From an uncultured Clostridia bacterium (lineage in GTDB: Bacteria > Bacillota > Clostridia > TANB77 > CAG-508), in NCBI GenBank assembly GCA_947625835.1, contig CANQPY010000001.1:6763-70762 (forward strand): 64,000 nucleotides of DNA. The letters run 5' to 3'. The position numbers were made by a program, and so were the translations under genes. The notes below the pieces were generated by a model. It had not been told where the DNA came from and did no database searches. It saw only the letters and a program-made list of their open reading frames with translations. Below, piece by piece: positions 48,322-58,012 of this stretch (position 1 is the stretch's first letter; each line of letters begins with the position of its first letter).

Positions 48322-49436
48322 TCAAAACCAAAGATCTAAATAAAATAGCAGAAAAACTTCTAAAAGCAGTTGATACAAATGAACTAACCCAACTTAGTAC
48401 TGCTTTAGAAATGGAAGTAACTGATGGTTCTTTACTTCTCTCTGTATCTAATAAGGAATATTTTGTTACTGTAAAATTAAGGGATAACCACTATAATGAA
48501 GTTTTCCATGCTTCGGTAAATGCAAGTCTATTCCTAAAACTAATTTCACAAATTACAACAGATGATATTGAATTAGAATGTACAGATAAATATCTTCAAG
48601 TTAAAGGAAATGGTTCTTACAAGATACCTTTAATATTCAAAGATGAAAGTCTTTTAGTGCTTGATAAAATTGAAATTAACAACCCCACAATTTCTATGGT
48701 TATTCCTAATGCTGTATTTCAAAGCATCAATAAATACAATAGTAAGGAACTTACAAAGGGGTACATTTATAAACCAGTACAAAAATATTATTATGTAGAT
48801 GAAAAGGGATGTATTACATTTACCACAGGAGCATGCGTAAATAAATTCAATCTTGACCAACCTGTCAGAATGTTATTAAATAGTAAATTAATAAATCTTC
48901 TTAAACTTTTTGATGATGAATCAATTAATTTCACTTTAGGGTATGATTCATTAAGTAATAATATTATACAGACAAAAGCTAAATTTGAAACACCCACAAC
49001 ATCTATTACAGCTATTTTACAATGTGATGATACGATGTTAAATTCCGTACCAGTAAACAATATTAGGGGAATGGCCGAGGCTTCTTACCCTTATTCAGTC
49101 ACTGTAAATAAGGAATTAATTATTCAAGCAATAAACAGGATAATGTTGTTCAATAAATCAAGCAAAGATAATAATGTTGCCACGTTTGTATTTGGAAAAT
49201 CAAATTTAATTATAAAAGATAGAGGAGATGAAAATTCAGAAGTAATCACTTACCTATCTGATTGTCAAGAATTAGAAAATAACCAATACGAAGCAATGTT
49301 GGATCTTAACGATTTGAAGGCAACATTGCAACTGTGCGATGAATCCCATCTTACATTAAAGTTTGGTGCAGCAAGAGCATTTATTATTGCTCGTACAAAT
49401 ATTATAAATGTTATCCCACAATGCGTGGTTAGTTAA
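48315..49436 (+). CDS. DNA polymerase III beta-like sliding clamp
   Basis: 373 aa, three-domain alpha/beta pattern resembling DnaN; DnaX-like loader at the window end. Confidence 0.7.
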   Translation: MLIKTKDLNKIAEKLLKAVDTNELTQLSTALEMEVTDGSLLLSVSNKEYFVTVKLRDNHYNEVFHASVNASLFLKLISQITTDDIELECTDKYLQVKGNGSYKIPLIFKDESLLVLDKIEINNPTISMVIPNAVFQSINKYNSKELTKGYIYKPVQKYYYVDEKGCITFTTGACVNKFNLDQPVRMLLNSKLINLLKLFDDESINFTLGYDSLSNNIIQTKAKFETPTTSITAILQCDDTMLNSVPVNNIRGMAEASYPYSVTVNKELIIQAINRIMLFNKSSKDNNVATFVFGKSNLIIKDRGDENSEVITYLSDCQELENNQYEAMLDLNDLKATLQLCDESHLTLKFGAARAFIIARTNIINVIPQCVVS

Positions 49437-49463
49437 AATAAAAAAACTATGAGGTAAATAAAA

Positions 49464-49847
49464 ATGAGATACGAAAAAATGAAAGATTTTCCCTTTGTAG
49501 CTGATCCAGATCTAATATCACCTGAAAAGATAATAGATGTGGGCAATGGTTATTTATTGCAGCAAGTTGTAGAAAATGGGTTTGTTGCTTCAATCTTCCA
49601 AGCCTATGATGGCAATGAAAAATTAAAAAATGAATATCTTTACCTTGTTTACCCAGATGATGATAGCGAAGAAGTTGATATAGAAGGTGCTGCAGAGTCT
49701 CGTCTTTTAGGAGAAGTAGAGATTGAGAATGGGGATAAAAAGACTGCATGGACTAAAACAGTAAATACCATCAATGAAAGATTTAAGACCATGTGCAAAG
49801 CCATAGAAGAAGCATATATTGCAGTTACTAGCAAAAAAGTTAGTTGA
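49464..49847 (+). CDS. Hypothetical protein
   Basis: GAGG RBS. Confidence 0.55.
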   Translation: MRYEKMKDFPFVADPDLISPEKIIDVGNGYLLQQVVENGFVASIFQAYDGNEKLKNEYLYLVYPDDDSEEVDIEGAAESRLLGEVEIENGDKKTAWTKTVNTINERFKTMCKAIEEAYIAVTSKKVS

Positions 49848-49872
49848 TTCTTTCCCACGCCTCTATTATAAT
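49841..49872 (+). promoter_or_regulatory. Sigma70/SigA-like early promoter
   Basis: TAG-TTGATT-N17-TATAAT. Confidence 0.75.
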
Positions 49873-49904
49873 ATAGGAAAGAAATAAAAGGAAGAGAACT
49901 AATT

Positions 49905-50339
49905 ATGGAAGAAGATGGCCCGTCGTTTCCGTCGACGCTAAGCAAAACTAGAAGAGCCTATTTTAAAGCTGCAGAGAGTATATCTACTCTTAGCAATCAC
50001 AGGTGCAGAGTAGGATGTGTAGTGGTTAATAAGCACAAGATTATCAGTTCTGGACACAATAGTGCAAATAAGACCCATGCATTCCAAGCTAGACTAGATA
50101 AAAGAACCTTTGGGTGCGAATGTGCAGGATTTCTCCATGCAGAAACAGATGCTCTTCTCCCTCTAATTAAAAATAGAGTTGATCTTTCTAATGCATCTAT
50201 TTATGTGTATAGAGAGAAAAAAGACAATACTAAGGGCATGGCCAGGCCATGCCCTAGATGTATGTCCATAATAAAAAGTTGTGGTATCAAATATATTAAT
50301 TATTCTACAGCAGATGGATTTGCAGAAGAGGTAATTTAA
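49905..50339 (+). CDS. Zinc-dependent cytidine/deoxycytidylate deaminase-family protein
   Basis: 'HAE' and 'PCPRC'. Confidence 0.85.
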   Translation: MEEDGPSFPSTLSKTRRAYFKAAESISTLSNHRCRVGCVVVNKHKIISSGHNSANKTHAFQARLDKRTFGCECAGFLHAETDALLPLIKNRVDLSNASIYVYREKKDNTKGMARPCPRCMSIIKSCGIKYINYSTADGFAEEVI

Positions 50340-50341
50340 AA

Positions 50342-50866
50342 ATGTTTAGAAAAAATAAGAAAGAAATTGTTAAGTTAGGAGTGCTTGAAGGTACAGATTG
50401 TGACCACCTTAAATGGAAGAGCAAAAACAAAGCAATGAGTTGGAATTTTGCTTATTATATGCCTGTACTAATGAGAGATGCCCTTAGAGAAATGGCTTCA
50501 AACCTTCATAGTTGTCCTAGTTGGCTAGCAGAAGAATTTGATGATGATGTAGATGCTGCGTGTGTAGAGTGGAGTAAAATACTAAATAAAATTGCAGATA
50601 AATTTGATTATGCTTCCAGAATATGTAATACTTTAGATTTTCTATCTAAGGAAGATCAAATGAAATTGGATGAATACTATTCAAAAGATCACTATGTTGA
50701 CTATAAAGAAAATAAAGATGGAAGTGTTCAATATTCTTTAGAACCTATTCCTGATTATATAGAAGAAATCCATAAGAAAGAAGATGTAATTGCAGAAGAT
50801 ATGCAGAATAAATTAAAAGAGGCGCTCCAGGAACTTGGAGAAATTTGGTACGACATATGGGATTAA
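50342..50866 (+). CDS. Hypothetical protein
   Basis: 'WSKILNKIADKF...LGEIWYDIWD' resembles common phage hypotheticals. Confidence 0.55.
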   Translation: MFRKNKKEIVKLGVLEGTDCDHLKWKSKNKAMSWNFAYYMPVLMRDALREMASNLHSCPSWLAEEFDDDVDAACVEWSKILNKIADKFDYASRICNTLDFLSKEDQMKLDEYYSKDHYVDYKENKDGSVQYSLEPIPDYIEEIHKKEDVIAEDMQNKLKEALQELGEIWYDIWD

Positions 50867-51009
50867 ACAATATTGTAATTGTTGGGGGAGGCCCAGCAGG
50901 TATTTTTTGCGCATACGAATCAGTACAGCAGGGGTATAGTGGAAAAATCACAATCCTTGAAATGGGCAACCTAATTGAAAATAGAAAATGCCCCAAGGAT
51001 AGAATATGA
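50857..51009 (+). pseudogene. Orphaned 5' fragment of an FAD-dependent oxidoreductase
   Basis: MGLNNIVIVGGGPAGIFCAYE...ENRKCPKDRI* is homologous to the N-terminus of 52638..54023. Confidence 0.85.
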
Positions 51010-51089
51010 AGAAAAATTAAGAATTCTTAATAAAAATGAAGAAATTTATTGCTAAATTATGTGTAATAAATTTCTGAAGGAATACTAAA

Positions 51090-51248
51090 ATGAAAAAAAT
51101 ATTAAATTTTGAAGTAGAAGAAGAAGTCATCCTTCAGTTAAAGAAGATAGCGAAAGAAGATGAAAGAAATCTTTCAGCAGAAATTAGATTTATTATTCTT
51201 TCCTATCTAAAGGACAGAATGAAGAATGGCAAATTTGAAGAACAATAA
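51090..51248 (+). CDS. Ribbon-helix-helix protein (not in ORF track): MKKILNFEVEEEVILQLKKIAKEDERNLSAEIRFII...
   Basis: Preceded by TGCTAAATTA (51050) and AAGGA; paralog of 28457 and 35141. Confidence 0.8.
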   Translation: MKKILNFEVEEEVILQLKKIAKEDERNLSAEIRFIILSYLKDRMKNGKFEEQ

Positions 51249-52641
51249 AAACATACCAAGGCTAATATCTATAATAAGTGAGCAGGAACTATTTAATTAC
51301 TGGATAAAAGAAAAGCACACCCCAAAAGAAACCCAAGAGCATTTTAATATAAGCTGTTGGGAGTTTAATCTATTATCTAACTATTACCATATAAAACAAA
51401 GAGGAAATTCTCTTAATAATTATATAAGATCAGTATCTAGAGAAAATTTATATAGTTACTATTTTGAAGAAAACCACTCCGCAACAGATACCATGAAATA
51501 TTTTAACATAGATGAACACATCCTTGAACAACTATGTAGATATTATGATTTACCAGATAAACGATCCTACAATAAAGATAAAATTTTAAAAGATTTAGAT
51601 GAATTAGAAGTAGTTAATTACTATAAAAACCACTCCTATTATAACACTATAGATCATTTTAATTTACGTACATGCTCGCATGTACTAGATACAATTATCG
51701 CAAAGTATGGTATACATAAAAGAGATGTTAAAAAGAAAAAATTTGAATCTTTTGATGAAATTATTGCTAGAGTATCTAAAGAAGAATTTTACCAATATTA
51801 TATTGTAGAGAATCATGGTTATAGTGAAACTATAAAGCATTTTAATCTCGGCAATCTTGATAAGGTACGTAATTATTATGGACTACATAAAAGACAATTT
51901 ACTAAACATAATTTTATAAATATTGAACAATTTAAAAAATTATATACTAAAGAAGAATTTATAAATTATTACATAATCCAAAACCATAGATTATTTGAAA
52001 CTGCTGAACATTTTAATATATCTCAAGATACTTGTAAATTATTAATAAGAGAATATGATGTAAGTAAGAAAAAGAAAGAATATTCCCATCTTTCTATGGT
52101 AAATTATAAACAAACTTGTCTTAACAAATACGGGGTTGAAAATTCTCTACAACTTAGAAAATGTAGAGATAATAATGAGCCATACCAAAGCGAACCCAAT
52201 AAAAAATTTCAAAAATTATTGGAAGTTAAAGGATTGACAAAAGATGAAACATTTATTTCAGAATTTGCATTAGAGGGCAAAAGATATGATTTTAAAATAG
52301 GTAATTATTTAGTAGAAGTTAATCCTTGGGCTACACATAATATTACTTGGAAAAAATACTGTTTATCAAATAAAAATAGCTGGTCTAATTATATGTATAA
52401 AGAATACCATAGAGAAAAATCTTTATTAGCTCAAAAATATGGTTATAAATGCATATGTGTATGGGATTGGAGTGATAAAGAAAAAATAATAGAAAATATA
52501 CTAAACAATACATTAAATATTAAAGATACTGGAGAAATAAAACTACACTTATTTAATTATAAAACAAAAGAGATAGTATCAAGTACTGGTCCGTATGTTG
52601 TAGAAATTTGGGATGATGGGTTTGAATTGGAGGTAATATGA
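51226..52641 (+). CDS. Free-standing homing-type endonuclease with N-terminal helical repeats
   Basis: Five 'KEEFYQYYIVENH'-type repeats, 'NKYGVEN', 'RYDFKIGNYLVEVN', 'ICVWDW'. Confidence 0.75.
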   Translation: MANLKNNKNIPRLISIISEQELFNYWIKEKHTPKETQEHFNISCWEFNLLSNYYHIKQRGNSLNNYIRSVSRENLYSYYFEENHSATDTMKYFNIDEHILEQLCRYYDLPDKRSYNKDKILKDLDELEVVNYYKNHSYYNTIDHFNLRTCSHVLDTIIAKYGIHKRDVKKKKFESFDEIIARVSKEEFYQYYIVENHGYSETIKHFNLGNLDKVRNYYGLHKRQFTKHNFINIEQFKKLYTKEEFINYYIIQNHRLFETAEHFNISQDTCKLLIREYDVSKKKKEYSHLSMVNYKQTCLNKYGVENSLQLRKCRDNNEPYQSEPNKKFQKLLEVKGLTKDETFISEFALEGKRYDFKIGNYLVEVNPWATHNITWKKYCLSNKNSWSNYMYKEYHREKSLLAQKYGYKCICVWDWSDKEKIIENILNNTLNIKDTGEIKLHLFNYKTKEIVSSTGPYVVEIWDDGFELEVI

Positions 52642-54023
52642 ATAATATAATAATTGTTGGCGGTGGGAATGCTGCACTATTCTGTGCTTATGAACTAATT
52701 GAAAAAGGATTTAAGGGACAAGTCTCTATATTTGAAGAAGGAAAAGATTTAAAATATAGAGATTGCCCAAAATCTAAAGCTGGCAAATGTATTCATTGTA
52801 ATATATGTAATATCACAGCTGGAGTGGCAGGTTGTGGTCCCAAAACGGATGCCAAGGTCTCATTATCTACAGCAGTGGGTGGTTATCTTCCCGAAATTTT
52901 AGGTGAAGAAAAAACCCAATCACTTATTAATTATATGGATTCTATATTACTTAAGTTTGGAGCAGACCCTAAAGTTGAAGGCCTTGAAGATAATGAAGAA
53001 ATAAGAGATATTAAGAGAAAATCAATTGCTGCGGGTCTTAAATTAGTAGATGATCCTATCAGGCATTTAGGTACAGAAAAATCTACAGAACTATACCAAC
53101 GCCTTGAAGAATATTTAATATCAAAGAATATTAATATTATACCCAACTCTAAAGTAACCGATCTAATTATTAAAAACAATAAATGTTCTGGGATGATTGT
53201 AAATGGTTCTACTGCCTATGTTGCGGATAAAATAATTGTAGCTGTGGGTAGAAGAGGCGCTTCATGGTTGGAAAATCAATGCAAATTACACAACATAAAT
53301 AAATTGCCAGGTACTATGGATATTGGTGTTCGTGTAGAGTGCAGAAATGAGATTATGGAAAAAATTAATAAGTATTTTTACGAGGGAAAATTTATTGGCT
53401 ATCCAGCCCCCTTTAGGGACAAAGTAAGAACATTCTGCCAAAACCCAGGGGGCTTTGTAGCGCAAGAGAACTATGAGGGAAACCTTGCTCTAGTTAATGG
53501 GCATTCTTATAAGGAATTAAAATCAAAAAATACCAACCTCTCAATTTTGGTAAGCCATAGTTTTACTACGCCTTTCGATCAACCTCTTCTTTACGCCCAG
53601 AAAATAGGTGAATTGACTAACATGCTGGCAAATGGAAGCATATTAGTTCAAAGATATGGTGATATCATATCTGGTAAGAGAACTTGGCAAAATGAGCTAG
53701 ATAAATCCAATATTAAACCCACATTAATAGATGCTGTAGCAGGCGATATAACAGCAGCAATGCCTTACAGAACAATGACTGATATTGTAAATTTCATTCA
53801 AATGTTGGATAAAGTAGTTCCCGGGTTTGCTGCATATGAAACTCTCCTTTATAGTCCTGAGATAAAATTCTATTCAAATAGAGTAGCAATGGATGAACAT
53901 CTAAATACAAATATTCAAAATCTTTATTGTATAGGGGATGGCGCAGGAGTTACAAGAGGAATAGCTCAATCTGCAGCTAATGGAATTCAATGCGCTAGAG
54001 AAATTATGGGTGAGGTAGAATAA
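52638..54023 (+). CDS. NAD(P)/FAD-dependent oxidoreductase (COG2509-like)
   Basis: 'IVGGG', 'RHLGTE', 'DIGVRVE', 'VRTFCQNPGG', 'PEIKFYS', 'GDGAGVTRG'. Confidence 0.88.
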   Translation: MNNIIIVGGGNAALFCAYELIEKGFKGQVSIFEEGKDLKYRDCPKSKAGKCIHCNICNITAGVAGCGPKTDAKVSLSTAVGGYLPEILGEEKTQSLINYMDSILLKFGADPKVEGLEDNEEIRDIKRKSIAAGLKLVDDPIRHLGTEKSTELYQRLEEYLISKNINIIPNSKVTDLIIKNNKCSGMIVNGSTAYVADKIIVAVGRRGASWLENQCKLHNINKLPGTMDIGVRVECRNEIMEKINKYFYEGKFIGYPAPFRDKVRTFCQNPGGFVAQENYEGNLALVNGHSYKELKSKNTNLSILVSHSFTTPFDQPLLYAQKIGELTNMLANGSILVQRYGDIISGKRTWQNELDKSNIKPTLIDAVAGDITAAMPYRTMTDIVNFIQMLDKVVPGFAAYETLLYSPEIKFYSNRVAMDEHLNTNIQNLYCIGDGAGVTRGIAQSAANGIQCAREIMGEVE

Positions 54024-54559
54024 TGGATAAAAATTGCTATGGTTTGATTATTACTGTAGATGGTAAACAAGAATATCTTTATGAGAATCCTTATGATTAT
54101 ATTGAGAGAATAGGGTGCAAACCTATTATTGATGATTATTTTAAAGTAGAATATTATGACGAATTACTACCTATTAATAATCCAACTTTCATAAACTCAT
54201 TAAAAATCAATTTTAATATCATGTTTTACAGTAGGGATGGTGAAAAAAGCGAAGAAAAAGAAAACACTCTAATGACCCAGTTCTGTAATATATATGCTTT
54301 TAATTCGCCTGTACAACCTTTAAGTTGTATAGATTATATAGAAGGGTTAGTATGTGATAATGCAATTATATTACCCAAAAATGATAGATTTATGTACGAA
54401 GAAGATAAAGAATATTTACAGCATCTATTGAACAACATGGATGAATATTTACCTAAAGATAAAGAAAAGTACATGCTTGAAAACATGAATGATGAAGAGC
54501 TTGAAAATATGGGAGTAGATGCAGTTAAATACCACGAATTAATTGGAGATAAAGAATGA
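54023..54559 (+). CDS. 'CYGL' family protein A (DUF3846-like, candidate immunity)
   Basis: Paralog of 55164 and 58013 ('CYGL.I.V.GK...YENPY.YI'). Confidence 0.6.
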   Translation: MDKNCYGLIITVDGKQEYLYENPYDYIERIGCKPIIDDYFKVEYYDELLPINNPTFINSLKINFNIMFYSRDGEKSEEKENTLMTQFCNIYAFNSPVQPLSCIDYIEGLVCDNAIILPKNDRFMYEEDKEYLQHLLNNMDEYLPKDKEKYMLENMNDEELENMGVDAVKYHELIGDKE

Positions 54560-55101
54560 TATATGATGAAGTTTGGGAGGCATTAAAACAATTAGATGAA
54601 AATGCATATTTTAACCCAGAAGGTTTAATATCTCATGATAAACATGGGCCCAGATTGAATGCAAGAAACTCGCAGGAATATAATGAAATAACAAACGAAA
54701 TAACTAGTAGTCCTGCTACTTATATTCAGGGAGACTTAGGAGAAACTGTTCAGGGTTACATTACCCAAGGTGGTATAAAAGTTAAATTTAAACAATATGG
54801 AGATTCCTATATTATTGGTGCATATTCAGGTGATGCTGTTACAGGAACTGCAATTACTTGTTATAGTAAGAAATTAAAAAACATTCTTCAAGATGCAGAT
54901 CCTTATAGATTTTATAGAAAATCAAATAAAGATGATGATTACAGATATAGATGTGATTTAGATGGTAAATTCAGAGGTTTAAAATATTTTAATGAGCACC
55001 CCGAACTTCACGAAGATACATCCGAAGAAAGAATAAAAGAAATTAAAAGAAAATTATATAAAAGAGAAAAACTCGGTAGATTCAACACTGATAAGGAGTA
55101 A
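54556..55101 (+). CDS. Toxin-like protein A with VWEALKQLDE leader
   Basis: Paralog of 55615 and 58429; 'H.KH', 'GY...G..VKF', 'G..IT.Y'. Confidence 0.6.
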   Translation: MIYDEVWEALKQLDENAYFNPEGLISHDKHGPRLNARNSQEYNEITNEITSSPATYIQGDLGETVQGYITQGGIKVKFKQYGDSYIIGAYSGDAVTGTAITCYSKKLKNILQDADPYRFYRKSNKDDDYRYRCDLDGKFRGLKYFNEHPELHEDTSEERIKEIKRKLYKREKLGRFNTDKE

Positions 55102-55163
55102 ATACGATATATTATATAAATGAATTTTAATCTATTAGAAAACTACACATTGAGGATAGAATA

Positions 55164-55604
55164 ATGAATAAGAAATGCTATGGACTAGATATCCCAGTAA
55201 AGGGTAAGCCTCATTATATTTATGAAAATCCTTATAGATATATTGAAAATTCGGGATGTAAACCAATTAATGACTATTTTGGTTTTCAAAGTTTTGATGA
55301 AGATGAAGGAATTGCTTTAAGAAATCCTTTATTTGTTTTTGAAATGAATGATATAGATTACAATATGTTGTTTTATAGCCCTAGTGGAGAGCGTTGGTGG
55401 GATTCGAAGGTTACAGTTAAAAATAAACTTGCAAGTGCTTTTTGTAATGCTTATTTTCTTGAGGTTCCTCCTTATGCAGAAGAATTTGAAAAAGAATGTG
55501 TAGAAGTAGGCTTAATTCTCCTACCTAAAAGAGATAGATTTTTTACTAAAGAAAATAAATTACAATTAAAAAATTATTTAAAAGACCTAGATTGGTTTAT
55601 GTAG
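55164..55604 (+). CDS. 'CYGL' family protein B
   Basis: Paralog of 54023. Confidence 0.6.
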   Translation: MNKKCYGLDIPVKGKPHYIYENPYRYIENSGCKPINDYFGFQSFDEDEGIALRNPLFVFEMNDIDYNMLFYSPSGERWWDSKVTVKNKLASAFCNAYFLEVPPYAEEFEKECVEVGLILLPKRDRFFTKENKLQLKNYLKDLDWFM

Positions 55605-55614
55605 GAGATACTAG

Positions 55615-56163
55615 ATGATAGATAGTAAAATATGGGAAGAATTAAAAAGGTTAAATGAACTTGCAACATTTTCACCAGATAATCTTGGGGATCATAGAAA
55701 GCATGAACCAGAATATGGTCTTGAGAATGATAAGCAATATCAGGAGTTTACTGATACTTTAACAAAATATCCTGCAGTTCCTATTGGGAAAGGAGACATT
55801 ACGGATATTCAAGGGTATGTGGCTCAAAGTGGAGCTAGGGTTAAATTTGTTCAGATTAGAAATGATATTTATGCTTTGGCCGCATATAAAGGAAAAATAA
55901 ATGGTCAAACAGCCCTTACTAACTACCCGAAAAAACTTTTTAATATATTAAAAGATGCAGATCCTTACGCTTTTTATATGCAAAGCGAAAAAGAAGATGA
56001 CTATAGATATAGGAGTGATTTGGATGGTAGGTTCGAGGGTCTCAAATTCTTTGATATCCACCCTGAATACCATAGAGGTACTTCAGAAGAAAAAATAAGA
56101 GAGATCAGAAGAATGTTATACAAAAGAGAAAAACTTGGCAGATTTAACACTGATAAGGAGTAG
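55615..56163 (+). CDS. Toxin-like protein B with IWEELKRLNE leader
   Basis: Paralog of 54556. Confidence 0.6.
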   Translation: MIDSKIWEELKRLNELATFSPDNLGDHRKHEPEYGLENDKQYQEFTDTLTKYPAVPIGKGDITDIQGYVAQSGARVKFVQIRNDIYALAAYKGKINGQTALTNYPKKLFNILKDADPYAFYMQSEKEDDYRYRSDLDGRFEGLKFFDIHPEYHRGTSEEKIREIRRMLYKREKLGRFNTDKE

Positions 56164-56167
56164 CCAT

Positions 56168-57475
56168 ATGGAACGTATAGCTTTTATAGGTGCAGGCCCA
56201 AGTACTATAGGTGCTGCATTAAAATTAATAGATAATAAATATGATGGCGAAATTATAATTTTTGAAAAGGGAAATTCCTTAGACAATAGATTACCTTCAG
56301 AAGTTATAGAAGGATTTGCCGGTGCTGGATGTTTTTCAGACTGCAAACTCTCTAGTTCTCTTACCACAGGTTCTGTAATTCCCAATTTAACCCAAGAAGA
56401 ATTAGAAAAATATGAGCAAGAGATTTTAGATTACTTTAATAGATTTTCGCCAGATAAATTAGAATGGTCTCATACATCTTCTTTTGACACCCATACAACA
56501 AACTTAACTTTTGATATCCATAAAACACTACATGTGGGTTCAGATAAGGGAAGAGAAATTTTCCACAAAATGGAGAAATTTATTACTTCCCAACCCAATG
56601 TTAGGATTTTATTTGGGGCAGAAGTTGAAGATGTTGTAGATATTCATGATTTTTCAGGATTTAAACATCCCTTTATTGTTTATTATTATAGTAAAGAAAA
56701 TAAATGGTCTATTGAAGTAGATAAAGTAATTGTAGCTACAGGACAAAAAAATACACTGCCTGGCAAATTAATTAAGAGATTTAAATTAGCTACAACACCC
56801 AGAGCATTACAATTAGGCGTAAGAGTTGTAGATGAAATGAATTCCCAATATGAAGAGATAATTAAGGCAAATTATGACTTTAAGTTTGTAAAAGAATATA
56901 ATTACAAAAATGATGTAAAAGTTAAAGTAAGAACGTTTTGCTGTAACTCAGGTAATGCCCATGTGTGTGCTGAAAAAGCTTCAGAAGGGTTTGTTTGTTT
57001 TAATGGGCATGCTTATAAAGTACCAGACCCTAATAACCATAGTGTTAATTATGGGATTATGTGTGAAGTATCAGGGTTAAAAAAGTACAATTCTAAAGAA
57101 AAACAAATAGAGTTGATGAAAAATATCAACAATAAAGAACATTGGGCTGAAGATAATTTTAGTAATAATGATGAAGTAAGACCTGTTAGAGAATTACTAA
57201 AGGGATTCAAACATCTTAAAGGATATTACCCCAAGGTAGTAATAGATTCCTTAACAGATTTTGTATGGGAACTAAATAAACTTGTAGATTTGAGTAAAGC
57301 AAAATATTTGTACCCAGAAGTAAAATTAAATGAAGGAAAAACAATTCAAACAACAAAGTGGGAATCATCACTTAAAGGATTATACTTTATTGGAGATTGT
57401 AATATTACCAGAGGGATTGTTAAAGCATTCTTGTCAGGATTACAAGTTGCTGAGGGATTGATAAATGCCACTTAA
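56168..57475 (+). CDS. Second NAD(P)/FAD-dependent oxidoreductase (COG2509-like)
   Basis: 'IGAGP', 'GFAGAGCFSDCKL', 'LGVRV', 'VRTFC', 'PEVK', 'GD..TRG'. Confidence 0.85.
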   Translation: MERIAFIGAGPSTIGAALKLIDNKYDGEIIIFEKGNSLDNRLPSEVIEGFAGAGCFSDCKLSSSLTTGSVIPNLTQEELEKYEQEILDYFNRFSPDKLEWSHTSSFDTHTTNLTFDIHKTLHVGSDKGREIFHKMEKFITSQPNVRILFGAEVEDVVDIHDFSGFKHPFIVYYYSKENKWSIEVDKVIVATGQKNTLPGKLIKRFKLATTPRALQLGVRVVDEMNSQYEEIIKANYDFKFVKEYNYKNDVKVKVRTFCCNSGNAHVCAEKASEGFVCFNGHAYKVPDPNNHSVNYGIMCEVSGLKKYNSKEKQIELMKNINNKEHWAEDNFSNNDEVRPVRELLKGFKHLKGYYPKVVIDSLTDFVWELNKLVDLSKAKYLYPEVKLNEGKTIQTTKWESSLKGLYFIGDCNITRGIVKAFLSGLQVAEGLINAT

Positions 57476-57968
57476 CGTAGGAAAAATATTTGAGCAAAAA
57501 TTTAAGGAAGATTATTTAAAATCCTTCCCAAATGCTTTATGTATGAGGCTTTACGATAATATGTCTGGTTACTACCACATATCAAATTACGCTGATTTTA
57601 TTTGTTATGATAGTGAAAGAATGTATATGCTAGATTGTAAAGCACATGAGGGTAGTTCCTTTCCATTTCAGGCATTTTCCCAATTTGATGGGTTATTATC
57701 ACTAGAACATGTCCCAAACCTTATTACAGGCATTATCTTATGGTTATATGATAAAGATAAGGTATTCTTTGTACCCACAATATCTATAGATAAGATGAAA
57801 AAAGATGGGATAAAATCATTCAATCCAGACAAAGTACCAAAATATAAATACTACTATTTAAATATCCCATCAGTAAAATTAAGAACATACATGAACAGTG
57901 ATTATACAGTATTGAAGAGTGTACCAGGAAATAAAGAATTGAGAGACTGGGGAACTAGAAATAGTTGA
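57465..57968 (+). CDS. RecU-like Holliday junction resolvase
   Basis: 'GKIFEQ', 'ADFI', 'LDCKA', 'QFDGL'. Confidence 0.75.
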   Translation: MPLNVGKIFEQKFKEDYLKSFPNALCMRLYDNMSGYYHISNYADFICYDSERMYMLDCKAHEGSSFPFQAFSQFDGLLSLEHVPNLITGIILWLYDKDKVFFVPTISIDKMKKDGIKSFNPDKVPKYKYYYLNIPSVKLRTYMNSDYTVLKSVPGNKELRDWGTRNS

Positions 57969-57993
57969 TTGTTTCACCATAATCATTTATAAT
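57962..57993 (+). promoter_or_regulatory. Sigma70/SigA-like early promoter
   Basis: TAG-TTGATT-N17-TATAAT. Confidence 0.75.
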
Positions 57994-58012
57994 AAAACAT
58001 GAGGTATACGTT

